A stretch of DNA of 64,000 nucleotides from Camelus dromedarius (GCF_036321535.1 NC_087448.1:53692001-53756000), one strand, 5' to 3'; numbered from the stretch's first letter, positions 51,401 to 63,235 are shown. The notes: a model not told the origin generated them from the letters alone. Numbers and translations: made by a program.

Positions 51401-54400
51401 TACTGATAATGATGATTTTGATGAAGGATAGTCTTTAATAAAAGCAATTTATTTGGGATAAATTACGATTATTTGAGCTCAACTCAAGAGTTTAGGTAGA
51501 AATAAGCATGGTCTGCTGCTTGTTTACTCCAGGAGGTTCCCCCTGGAATTCGGCAGTTAATACAAAATTGATTCAGTTGTAGAAAATTAAAGTAATAAAA
51601 TATTTGAATGAATTAACTTGCCTTCAGAAATGAAGGTAACACCAGTAACTACCTCTCAAAATTGTTGTGATGACTATATGCGTCAGTATAGTCAAAACAC
51701 TTAGAAAAACACTCAATTCAAAATGAGTAGCAGACAAATCTTTGGCATTATTATTTGGGTGATAAATTCAAATTCTTTGTTCCCCCTCTGCTGCTTGCAG
51801 TATCTTACAAGATGGAGCGATTATGAAATTACTGGGAAGACTGATGTAATGACTGAAACTGACAAAGCAAAACAACGAGAACAGTCAATAGCATAAGGAA
51901 GTTGAATCAGGAGGGAACTGAGGAAACGGGGACCTGCCATTCGGGGAGCCTGGTGGTCACAGCAGCTGTAGGGAGATGCCCCTAGAAGATGCGTATCTGA
52001 TGGGGTGGTAACTTCTTAGAACTTCAACATGAAAACAATGTGAAACATGAACTCTGTTGACTTAAGGAGTGCACTGCCATCTGGCAAAATAGGGAACCTT
52101 GAAACCCTTGGATCCTGCTGGCACTGATTAGTGTTTTATTTTGGTGGACTCCAATTCTCATTTGTATTTCTGTAGGGTTCACTATGCAGATGGGATAGCA
52201 TCATTTCATTTGATGATATCTGTGAGCTGGGAAACTAGCAGACAAAAAAAAAATCCTTAAACAATTAGAGTAAATAGTGTCATTCTCCTGCAAAATGTAA
52301 CAGTCATAAAGTCCAAAGCCTTCATAATCTTACCTTATAAAATTTTGACTCTTCATAAATATAATCTTATGAGCAAATTTCTTATTTTTTTTTTTAACCT
52401 AACCTGATTTAAAAATTCATTTGGCATCTCTCCTGTATACACAGAGTGGCCTTTACTCTTTAGGTAACAAGAAGAAGTTGCCTTGAGAATAATCCAAAGT
52501 GAATAAGTTAAAAGTTAATGATATCTGTTCCCTGTGTTCTTGGTCATCAAAGAAGCCCATTACAGGTACCTAGTTTTGGTAAGGGTAGCTAAGTTTTAAC
52601 TCAATTAATGTATTTAGACTAAAATAATGAGATTATAATTTTGCCTGTTTGCTATGGTCATTGGACAATTTCTTACATTTCTTGAAGTCAATGTCTATCT
52701 AGTGCTTTGGGGCTAAAATGAAGAATAGTGCTTTGGCAAAAAGGAAGCATGATAGAAGGCAAAATATTATATTATCATTGTATCCTCTCTCATCACAGTC
52801 ACTGGGGGAACTCAGTAAATATCAACAAATGAAATCAAAGAAAAGAGTTCCATGCATATCCAAGGAACTGAGAAAAGACACTTGTGACAAATTTTCAACT
52901 CGGTAAATACCTTGAGCACTTGCTATGTGCCAGGAGAGACAGAGAAGGAGCTCAGGTTGTCGGCAAATAGTGATTACTGCTCTACTTACTCTAAAATCAA
53001 AGCATTAAGCAAACACACACAGAAAAAACAGTAGGGCCAAGAAAGGTGGGGGCAGGGACCAGGAGGTAAGACCTACAAAAGGACATATTTCTTGAAGTGA
53101 GCCTTGAAAAAGAATCAGACGTTTTACAAATGAAGAAGAAAGCAATTGGAGAAAGAACTGGAGTGAAAAGAAGTGAAAGAACATGGAACTTTCTCATGGC
53201 TTGTGGTCTTGTGCACCCAGAACATGGGCAAGTGAAGGGGGAGAGAAGGAGGGGGAGCTAGAGCAGAAGGAAACGACAAGAAATAAGGTTGGGGAAGTGG
53301 TTAAGGCAAGTTTGTGAAGGCACACAATTCTTGAGTAAAATGATGCATTAATTAAAAGAAAATGCTTCTATTATATGAAACCCACAATGATATCTCTTAT
53401 TTATGAAAATAAAAATGTTTCTGGGTTTTCTGCAATTTTTTTTCTGCTCTCTCTCTCCAAATCATGAATGCCAAGACTCCTTTAGTCAGCTTCAGACCTA
53501 AAAGCCTGTAATTATCGACACCTGTAATTATCGGAAAAGTATGCTGGTGTAAAAGGGAGGATCTGGAATAGACAATGCTTACAGGGAGGCAGAATGGAGC
53601 CTGAAATCCTGGCTCCCTACTGCCTCTCGCCCCCTCCAGCTGCCCAAGGACCTTGGGCCACTTCCTTCAATGATCTAAGCCCACTCCTCATCTCTATAGG
53701 TGGTGGAGGATTAAATGAGGTCATGCATAACGAGTGGTTTACACAGTAAGTGCTCATAAATACACAGTGTTATTACCACTTGTCCTGTCCTCTCTAATTT
53801 AAATAGATACATTTGAATGAGGAATTTACTTGTTGGCCTCCCACTCCCCAAAGGGTTCGGCAAAAGAATTAGAAATGGAGTTAAAACACCGAAATTGTTT
53901 CCCAAATCACCGATCATCAAGGCATAATTTATGAAGGAGACAAAATTTAAAATGTGACAAAGGAAAGCACCCCTAGGGTAATAGCTAATGAAGTGTCCCA
54001 CCTCAGCTGTGCTTGTTCAAGGACAAGACCCCGAAGATTCTTCCCTGATGTCACTGGGAGTGAACAAGAGTGAAGAGGGATGGATATTTTACAACATACC
54101 AGGTTGATGTGCTAACAGTCTAAACTTGACTTAAATCAAGAGACTTTTTTCTGCTTTGAATTAATTGTTTCATACTGTTTTAGTCCCTCCCAATGTAAGA
54201 AAAATGCTGACATACTTTTGCTTCCTAATTCATTTTATTCTCATTAATATTTTCACTTAAAAGAAGACAGCACATTTTTAACCTGTTCTTTTTTGGGGGT
54301 TCAAGTCCTCTTGCCCCAGTTCCACATTTTTGCTAATTTAAAACTATTTGGGTGAGATGCGTAACACAATATTGATGCTCACGCTTTGCAACGTCCATAA

Positions 54401-55577
54401 ATTCGCATTTATAGGTAAATGGTCAGTTCCATTCAAATCTGCCTGTGCGGATGCTCTTTAAACCACTTTAGTTACTAGAAACCAATTATGACACATTTAT
54501 GTAAATTCAAAATCCACCAAAAACAAAGGATACACCACCTTCGTTTAATGATTTTTTTTAAATTGTCCTAAGGAAGTAATTTTAGGAAAAAAAGTTGCTA
54601 TAGTTGATTAAGAAAAATTAGGTTTTGATAAGTATGCTGATAAATGAATCCATTTCCAGTCCTAACGGCTTCTATGTTTATTGTCTGTCAATGGTTCTTA
54701 TAATATTGTTGAATAATAATTAAATAAAGGCTGATGAGACAAGAGCATGCTACAAAGTCTATGTTTCAACAACGTTTCTGGAGTAAATATCCCATATCAA
54801 CTTTATACAAATGAAGACGGAATTGTAGACGGAAGGCTTTCCTCCACAACTTAGTGATCATTTGTATGGTCATAAGGATAACAAATAGTTCAGACAATTC
54901 TATGAAAGAGCACAATTAAGCAACATAAATTGCTTTTATTTTTAGAGATGAAATGGAGAAGAGGCAGCTTCTAATTCCATGTGGTTACTAAGCACACCCG
55001 TTAAAAACCGTTGGCGCCAAAAATCACTCAAATAACCAGTATCACACTCAGTAATATATGACTCAAGATGTTAATATAGCCACCAAAGTACTGTGCAGAA
55101 GGTTTTTAGAAAAACAGAACCAAAGGAGCTAAAATTAAACCATCCCCATTAGGCCAATGAGCAGCACAATCTAAATGATCGATACCTGCTTTCCTGACAA
55201 CATTTGAAAGTAGCTAAAATCACAGCAAATAGCCTTCCTGAAATGAAGCCATAGACATAAATCCGAACATAGTTTGGTTTAAAAAGGAAAAAAAATAATC
55301 AGATTTTTTTCTGGGGGTGATAACTGTGGATCACTGGAGAAGAAGCTGCTCTAGAGAGCACAGGGGAGGTGTCCCACCCTGCCTGGCCACATGAGGTGAC
55401 TGCAGCTTTGCTGGCCAGTTAAACGGTGGCGGTGGCGGGGCTCACACAGGGCAAGGGTGACTGACAGGTGCTCAGACCTCTAGTCCCCTGGAGGCAAAAT
55501 CCACAATCCACAGAAACAGCCGCCCAACAAGCCAAGCATCATAAGCACTTAAACAAAGAGACATAAAGAAGATTTAC

Positions 55578-55687
55578 CTCGGAGAAAAACTGTCCTCAGT
55601 GGTACTGGTGTGTGACCAGAAGCCCCTTCTTTCTGATCTGCAGAACAACTCTGTCAACCCCGGGTGTGTGGTCACAAGGCAGGAAGT
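55578..55687 (-). other. LCP1: LCP1 exon 1 (5'UTR, non-coding)
   Basis: Minus strand reads ACTTCCTGCCTTGTGACCACACACCC...CTGCAGATCAGAAAGAAGGGG...TTCTCCGAG|gtaaat, closely resembling the human LCP1 mRNA 5' end as I recall it. Canonical donor at 55577-55576. Exact TSS uncertain. Confidence 0.88.
55667..55687 (+). promoter_or_regulatory. RUNX (TGTGGTC, 55667-55673) and ETS (CAGGAAGT, 55680-55687) motifs at the TSS
   Basis: Consensus matches read directly. Confidence 0.5.
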
Positions 55688-55732
55688 GACTAGAATGACA
55701 AATCATCAGCCAGGGAAGAAACAGATCTTGTC

Positions 55733-55738
55733 TTTATA
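55733..55738 (-). promoter_or_regulatory. TATA box (TATAAA) of the LCP1 promoter
   Basis: cttTATAAAgac on the minus strand, 46-51 nt upstream of the inferred exon 1 start. The true TSS may lie a little further 5'. Confidence 0.65.
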
Positions 55739-55827
55739 AGGACATTTTACTTAACTTTTTTTTTTATGTCCCCTCCCCCGCAAAAAAATCACCTGACAGG
55801 TCACATTGAAATTCAGAAGCCTCTTAC

Positions 55828-55839
55828 CACTTCCTCTTT
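55828..55839 (-). promoter_or_regulatory. PU.1/SPI1 consensus AAAGAGGAAGTG
   Basis: Exact 12-nt match to the PU.1 consensus about 140-150 nt upstream of exon 1 of a leukocyte-specific gene. Confidence 0.65.
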
Positions 55840-56063
55840 ATAAGCATTTTTCTCTCTCCTTCCCTCTTTCTCCTCTAACTGGTCTCACAGGCCTTGGGCT
55901 ACTTAAACCTGTCTGATTTCAGATAACAAGGCAAGGTGCTCTGACCCTAGTTGTGAATGCAATGCTCTGGTGCCTAGCTCCTTACGGCAAAGATAAACAA
56001 ATTGTTCATTTTTAATGAAAGAGCCAAGGAGAAAGGTGGCAGTCCACCTGAAACAAGCTAAAA

Positions 56064-56090
56064 GGGATTTCCCTGGGAAAGTTCCGCCCC
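56064..56090. promoter_or_regulatory. Tandem NF-kB-like sites (GGGATTTCCC; GGGAAAGTTCC) plus GC box (CCGCCCC)
   Basis: Sequence gggatttccc-t-gggaaagttccgcccc about 380-400 nt upstream of exon 1. The first site fits GGGRNWYYCC exactly. Confidence 0.5.
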
Positions 56091-57037
56091 AGGCAAAACC
56101 AGACGCCTCTTAAGAGTCCTGGAACAATGATCTTATTGGTGCAAACAAAACAAAATGATCTCTTTAAGGGGAAGGGCCCGAAACGGAAGGTCACCATATT
56201 ATTTACTCATTCTTTTATTTATAGAATATCGATGTACTAGGGATCTCTTTAACCCAATTAAAGATTTCAATTATTTAGATGCTTCTTACAAAGAGCACCA
56301 GCAGATCACGTGGGCAGCTGCTCTAGTTAAATTCCTTCCTACAGACCAGCTTTATTTTTTGAGTGCATATTTTATAAAATTAGCAAACGAATTTTAAAAG
56401 TTCTATGCTATGCCCAAACCCTGAATACTTGTCTTGAGGGCTGATTCTCTCTTCAAATGGAAGTCCTCAAGTCTAACAGCAGTGAAGGTTGTACAGCATC
56501 CTGAGTGATGCTGACCAACCATTATGCACAATGTGTCTCCACGTTGCCTGGAGCCTGTGCTCGGCTCCAGCAGCCAGCCTGCTGTTGAGGAATGAGAATA
56601 TGAGGCTGTGTCCCAGGTCTGATGGAGAGTTGAAGATGCTCTTATAGTTTAATAGGCGTCTGTATTTGCCAGGGGCTTGGGACCCAGCCAGGGGGTGTTC
56701 TGGCTGGGGCACAGGGGTTGGGGGCGGAATGCTGCTCTCGTATGTCTTTGGCTTTTTTGACTTCTCCTCTAGAAAGTTCCTGCTTCTGACCTCAAATGTC
56801 AGGCCCAGATGTTCTGGTCTCTCTACTTCATTAGCTAGTGGTGTGGCAACGTCTTGGTCAGAACCCTACAGGAGAGGGAGGGCAGAAGAACAGGAAGAGA
56901 GGGTGGATATTTGGTCCGTTCTAGAAGTGGTTCAGCTCACAGAGAATGGTCAGGCCTCTTGTGACTCCGCAGGGAAGACTGAGGGAATAAGTCGGACCCT
57001 ATTTGCTCCAGCGCATAATCACTCCCAAGTAATACAT

Positions 57038-57704
57038 TGTGGGGCAGAGCCAGGGGTAGGGTTGAGGCAGGGGGAAGGGGTCAGGGCACAGCCATTCAAG
57101 GAATGACACAACAATTAACACCAAAATTGTGGAAGATTCAACCCCCAGTAGAGCTTGAGGCCCAAGATAGTGGGAGATTTGACTTCCAGTAGACCTTGAG
57201 CTTCATTATACATGCATTGTAATATATTAACATGATAAATAACATGCCCACAGGTGCCATGACAGTTCCAGGACTCACCATAAAAGGTCAAAGAGTGAGT
57301 GGTGGCCCAATTCCTGGGAATCCCAGCTCCTTCCCCAGGGTAGTTGGAATAATACTTCCACTTGGTGTGTGTGAAGCTACCAAGCCCATAAAAACTGGCA
57401 CCACTGTGCCTCATGGCCTCTCTCGCTCCCTTGTCTTCAAAGATAGTGTGCACTCTGCCTATGGAGTGTGTATCTACTTTTACTTTAACCTGAGCACCCA
57501 ACCCCTACACCTCGTGGCCTTTCTCTTGCCTTCTGAAACAGCCTATACTCTATGTAGTATGTATCTCTCTAAATAAATGTATCTTCACTCAACTGTGGCT
57601 CACTCTTAAATTCTTTCCTGTGCAAAGCCAAGGAACCACACTTGGCAGGGCATGTCCCAGGGACTCAGCTGAGACCTGGGACACAGCCCTCCTCTTGCCC
57701 CACA
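57038..57704 (+). mobile_element. Solo ERV LTR (667 bp, class I-like)
   Basis: 9-bp terminal inverted repeat TGTGGGGCA...TGCCCCACA, CCAAT-like motif, CATAAAA TATA-like motif, AATAAA at 57572-57577 and an LTR-type R/U5 sequence. No clean TSD seen. Confidence 0.8.
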
Positions 57705-57782
57705 TTCGTTTTGCCTGCATCAGGGGCGGTTCAAGAGGCACCTAAATTCTTTCAGGACACCAGAGACATATCCATGTATCAT

Positions 57783-58513
57783 TGTGGCAGGACTGATTAT
57801 GCTACAAAGCAGCCAAATGCTGGTGTTTTTCATCCTGGCAGGAATAATCATCAGTCAAGACCCTGCAGCAGCACAGATAATATCTTGATGGTTTTGAGGA
57901 TGAAAAAAATGTGAGATTGAAGGAGAATTTATAAAATGGCCTCATTTAGGCTAACAGATTGCTTATTCTTATGCTTGCCCTTAAAATGGTCAACTAACCT
58001 GACTGACCGGTTGCTACTCACAGCTCCAGGCCTGTTGTTAAAATCAAGCTATTAATTTTACTGTTTCTGCTTTATTCCAGTAATTGAAAGTAATAATCAT
58101 ACTTGGTTTCTGAGTTGCTCTCCAGGGAGGTCATGGAACTGTAACCTTACAAAATAGCCTGAATTACCAAGAAGACCATGCCTTGGGCGCTTATGAGATA
58201 AACAGATCGACAAAGTGACAACCACTAGCCTCTACAGGATTGGTCGCCTGGAGACATCATGATGCCACTCTAAGTCTTATGACAAGAAAATGATTCTGTT
58301 GATTGTTATCAATGTTTTATTGTTTGAGCTATGGCTATATAATCACCCTGCTCCATCCCCAAGGTGGGCTCACAGTTTTGAAGGCACCAGCCTGCTGTGA
58401 GTCCCCTTTGCCCAGTAAAGGAATAAAGCTGTCTCTTTTCTTCTATGCTCTAAGATCCTGTCTCTGAGTTTCAGTTTGGCTTGTCAGGGACAGGAGCCAA
58501 TCTTTTGGCAACA
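57783..58513 (+). repeat. 5' LTR (TGTGGC...GGCAACA, ~731 bp)
   Basis: TG...CA ends, TATATAA and AATAAA motifs, followed by the PBS. Segment 58107-58513 is repeated at 61674-62081. Confidence 0.85.
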
Positions 58514-58519
58514 AATTTG

Positions 58520-58537
58520 TGGCGCCCAACATGAGTT
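58520..58537 (+). other. Primer-binding site, tRNA-Lys(CUU; Lys1,2) type
   Basis: TGGCGCCCAACATGAGTT vs the Lys1,2 PBS TGGCGCCCAACGTGGGGC: 14/18, first 11 identical; 6 nt after the LTR end. Confidence 0.8.
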
Positions 58538-59087
58538 GCAAGACCACCCTCTCTCCTAAGAGGGGCTTCAGGTTCCACCCCACTGCCTGGTCAAAAATGC
58601 TCAAACGACTGACCCTCCGTGCCAACAGGAGGGACAACGGAGGATGCAGCCCAGCAGCTGCCAGAGCCTATTTTTTTCTGGGGATCCTTTTGTCCCTTGC
58701 CCTTCTGCCTGTCAATGGACCGCAGTCGGCTGAACTAACCCCTTGGAGGGAGAAAAGATGGCTCTGTTTCTTCTGAAGCATTGCATCTGATTAGCAAGCC
58801 TAGGGTAAGTTCCCGGTGATGACCGAGGACCCTTGATCTCCCATTGGGAGTTCTAATTAGACAGGTGGGGAACTCCCATCTGAATCTGAATAATGGGTAC
58901 CCATCTGTAATGGAGATCTCAGGTTAAGAGAATTTGGAATTGAAAGTAGAATTTGAATTATTTGTAAGTTTGGAATTTGAATTTGCTTTAGCCTGTCATT
59001 TGTAATTTTGTGTTTCCATCTACTGACAAAGGCCTGATATTATAATCTGAAATCTGCATTTGTATTTTGTATTTGGAATAAGTTACT

Positions 59088-59830
59088 ATGGTGGGGGGGG
59101 GGGGGTGCGCCGTCTATTCCATCCAATAGCCCATTAGGTAAGATCTTGAATGATTGGTCTAATTATAGTTATCCACCTATGACTAAGAAAATGAATGGTT
59201 TTAGGAGCCACTTAGAAGGAGGCCCAATGTCTAAATCAAGGGAATCTACAAATGCCTGTGGTAGACGTGGCCGTTCACGCTGCCAAGCCAAACTGGGACC
59301 CCAATACCACCGAAGGTCTGATGATGCTAAATCATTACAGACAATGTGTTCTAACTGGCCTCAGAAAGGGCTTCCAGAAACAGACTAGCTTACCAAGGTA
59401 CAAGCCCTAAAACAAGAGCCAGCAGAAAACCCATCCACTTTTCCAGAACGGATCCGTCAGGCTTATGAAAAGTACACCAACCACCCTAAATCCTGACGAT
59501 CCAAAAAATGTGCACATGGTGAATATGACTCTCCTAAGCCAAAGCTCAGATGACCCAGGGTGCAAATTAAACAAGCCTGAAGGAGCCATAGGCAAGAACC
59601 CCGGGGAATTACTGGAAATTGCCTTTGAAGTCAGTGAACGTTCTGATAGCAACTCACCCGGGGGCCTTTAGTAAACAGAAGCCCAAAGGGCAAAAGGGAG
59701 ATAAGAAAAAGCCAACTGTGACTATTAATCAGTCTGTCTGTTGCAAAGAGGAGGGACACTGGAGAAAGGATTGCCCAAAACTAAAATCAAAGAAAGAAAG
59801 CAGGAAGAACAAGCACCTTCCAATGTAACG
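59088..59830 (+). pseudogene. gag: Degenerate gag (matrix N-terminus, capsid with MHR, NC zinc knuckle)
   Basis: Fragments in shifted frames: PSIPSNSPLGKILNDW; KPNWDPNTTEGLMMLNHYRQCVLTGLRKG; VQALKQEPAENPSTFPERIRQAYEKYT (MHR); MTLLSQSSDD...KLNKPEGAIGKNPGELLEIAFEV; QSVCCKEEGHWRKDCP (CCHC knuckle with first Cys lost). Confidence 0.88.
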
Positions 59831-59884
59831 GTCACCTAAGGAACCACAGACGAGGAAGGTGATGACTGATGGGGCCCAGGGCTC

Positions 59885-60010
59885 TTGGCCATCTTAAGGA
59901 CTCCCATAACAACTGCCACACAAGAGCCCCGGGTACAACCGACAGTGGGCTCTCAACTAGCGGACTTCCTAGTGGATACTGGAGTGGCATACTTAGTTCT
60001 GAACTGTAAA
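59885..60010 (+). pseudogene. pro: Truncated retroviral aspartic protease remnant
   Basis: EPRVQPTVGSQLADFLVDTGVAYLVLN contains the DTG catalytic motif in a gammaretroviral-type context. Confidence 0.88.
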
Positions 60011-61673
60011 TTGGGAATACTGCTAGAAACTTCTGTCCCACTACCAATGACTCAACCACTGTTACGACCTCTGGAATGCAAATTTTGAGAAAGTGGGTAA
60101 GTAATTTGGAACTTGGCTTGTCAAGAACAAATAGAAATCTTAAATGTCTTTCATAGAAGTTACTAAAAATGTTTAGCTATTTAGCCAGGAAACTTTGATT
60201 TGTTCCATCTGCCAGAAACCCAATTTGAATCTAACCTCTTGTAACTGATGAATCTTACATTGTTGTACCTGATTCATGGCTAGAATCTTGGAATGGGAAC
60301 CATGAGGTTTGTGTGTCATAGATGTATGCTATAGCCAAAATTAATTTGTAAAAGAGCTCTATTTAATTAGCTTAAAGAGAATTAAAATGATTATATAAAT
60401 ACTCAGGAATGTAAACAAAACTGGCGAGAATGAAAATCAGGTTCACGTGATCTAGAAAATATTCAATATGGAATTGATACCAGGTATTTGAAGCTAGCTT
60501 AAGCTTATTGGTTTGATTAATATAGACATGTCTTTAGATTCATTAATGTTAAGCATAAAAATTTTATTGTACTTAGGTTTAATAGAAGTCCAATAAGACC
60601 TTGCCATACCTGCTACAAATTAGTCAGCAAGAAAAATAACTTCGTATAATATTCTTATCAATAACTTAAATGCAAATAAGAAAGAGCCTTTGGGTAAACT
60701 CTTTAGGAATGATTATTTCAGGAATGTCTACTCAAATGATCTCCCCAGATAGTTGATAATTTAGCACAATTTTAAAATTCCAAGTTAAGTTAAAGGATGG
60801 AAGTTTATTAAACAGGTAGGTCACTTCCAGATAAAATACGATACTGAAACATTAATTACTGAGTATTAACTTCCTCCTACAGAGAAACTAAAGGTATTTA
60901 GAAATATTAGTAACTGTTTGGTGCCTGAAATATTCTCTATTATTAAGGGAAACATCTCAATATGCTAGGAAAGTAAGATGAGTGTTTTCAGTAAAAGAAG
61001 GTATGAGGAATGGAATTGTATTTTCTTAATGGAAAAAGAGTGATTTTGTCCTAGAGCTGGTTGCTTCTAAACGGAAAAGAAATAAGGGACAAAATAATAT
61101 GGATACAGAAAGTTGTGGAAGGTTTATGGAAGAGGAACCCTGAGAAAAGAGTTTTGTACATGGTTGGGATTAGCTAAGCGTAGAATAAATTTAGTTGAGT
61201 ACATAAATCTTTGAAGTAAGCTGGTACGAGACTAGATTTGGTTTTCTCTGTTAAGAGGACAAAATTTTCTTAAAATGTTAATCTGCCTTTAGTAATAGAT
61301 TGTGAAGTTTCTTTTACCCCTAAGTGATTTGTTCTGTATCTGCCTTTAAAATATTTTATTGCTATCTTGGGAATAAGTATTGCTTCATAGTGACCTATGC
61401 TTTTATCTGATCATGTGTTTTGAAACTTTTTAACAAGCTTCCCAAATATCAAATTTTAATCAGAGTTCTTTTGACCTCTAGCTAACCTTGGGATGCTTCA
61501 GAGGGCCCTTGAAGCATCCCAAAGAGCGATTTTAAACTAGTAAGTTTCATTCGGTATGTTAAATTACATGGGAAGTATTGTCAAACGAACAAAAAATCTT
61601 CTTAGGTTATATTGTATGGGAAAATGTTAGTAATATAGATATTCTAAAAATTATATAGAACTTGGTTAGTTGC

Positions 61674-62081
61674 TTTCTGAGTTGTTATCCAGGGAGGTCA
61701 TGGAACCCGTAACCTTACAAAATAGCCTGAATTACCAAGAAGACCATGCCTTGGGTGCTTATGAGATAAAGAGATCGACAAAGTGACAACCACTAGCCTC
61801 TATAGAATTGGTCGTCTGGAGACATCATGACACCACTCTAAGTCTTCTGACAAGAAAATGATTCTGTTGATTGTTATTGATGTTTTACTGTTTGAGCTAT
61901 GGCTATATAATCACCCTGCCCCATCCCCAAGGTGGGCTCACAGTTTTGAAGGCACCAGCCTGCTGTGAGTCCCTTTTGTCTGGCAAAGTAATAAAGCTGT
62001 CTCTTTTCTTCTATGCTCTAAGATCCTGTCTCTGAGTTTCAATTTGGCTCATCAGGGATCGGGGCTGATCTTTCGGCAATA
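61674..62081 (+). repeat. 3' LTR, 5'-truncated (408 bp)
   Basis: Hand alignment to 58107-58513 gives 31 substitutions + 1 indel (~92% identity). Confidence 0.92.
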
Positions 62082-63235
62082 AGATCACCATGGTCTCCCT
62101 AACTGTGAAGCATCCCTGTGGCTTCAGGATGGAATGGAGGTGTAGAAGTAACACTTCATAAAGAGGAACAGAGACTCATTTTATTTACCTGGGAGGAGAG
62201 CAGCAGCATTCTGCATCTACTGGTATCTGGTCATCCGAGATCTGAGGAATCTAAAAGAGGAGCAAAATATACTTGTGCTTGGGTTCGACAAGTGTTGGAG
62301 TGCCTGTCTGGAGGCATCAGTGATTCAGAAATGAATAAGATGTAATTGCTGCTCTCAAGCAGAATGTAGTCTGTAGAGGAGTAAAAACATGTGAGTAAAT
62401 AAATGCCGTTGACTAGAAAAGAGGTGAAAAAGGCAGTGGGACGTTAAGGCAGGTGCAGATGTGAGCAGAGCTGATGTTTCAAGAGGGTGAAACACGTGTG
62501 GTTATGCCTAACAGCTGGTTCAAGTCAAAAAAAGGACATTGGATTCCAGGCAACACCTAGATTCTGGGACATGAAAGCCGCTGAGTTGTGCTGCTTGCAA
62601 CCACCCTCTTGCAGGAACCCTCTCCCCCAGCACCAGCTTTGGCTCCACCTCAGCCACCCCACCACCTCACCCACATCCTGAACCAATACTTCAATCTTAA
62701 TCTCTTTATCTGCCTCATGGTGGCATAAGTCTACCCAGTGGCAGGCAATTGTTTAGGTCTTAGACCAAGGTTTTTTGGGGGAGGAATATTTTATCACTGT
62801 TGATGTTTAGAATTGCCTGTGCATCATGATCATAAACAGCAGGCTGATTTTGGTTTTATTATTTTTACGTTCTCTGCAGACCTTGCGCCCAGAGAGGATC
62901 TCTCCCACCTCCTACCCCACCATCCACATGCCTCTCCTGCCACCTCTGCCACCTCACCAGCCTGTGCTTTGCCTTCCCTCTCTCTCTGCTGCCCTCCTTG
63001 CTCTGTCACTCCCCAGGCTGCCCTGGAGCCCACTGCCTCCGTCCCCAAAACCGCCTCAGCTGCTCCTCTCCGGCCACTACATGCTGCTGAAGACAGTCAC
63101 AGAAACAGACTTGAAATGCTATCAAGCTGCTGGCCTTCAGAGCACCATTTAGAAATACTTTTGCTCAATTTTATTCATTCCTGAGGGCAGGCCTTCTCAG
63201 CCTGGGGTCCATGGGCTCCTAAGATTGTACGCGTA

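Larger units (their letters stand above)
57783..62081 (+). mobile_element. Defective non-autonomous class I (gamma-like) ERV provirus
   Basis: 5' LTR, PBS, leader, gag/pro remnants, AT-rich non-coding internal region and a 5'-truncated 3' LTR. No pol or env motifs recognised. Confidence 0.9.

Noticed and set aside
56666-57914. ORFs of 90-146 aa around the solo LTR
   Set aside because: Several lie within LTR sequence and none has recognisable protein motifs.
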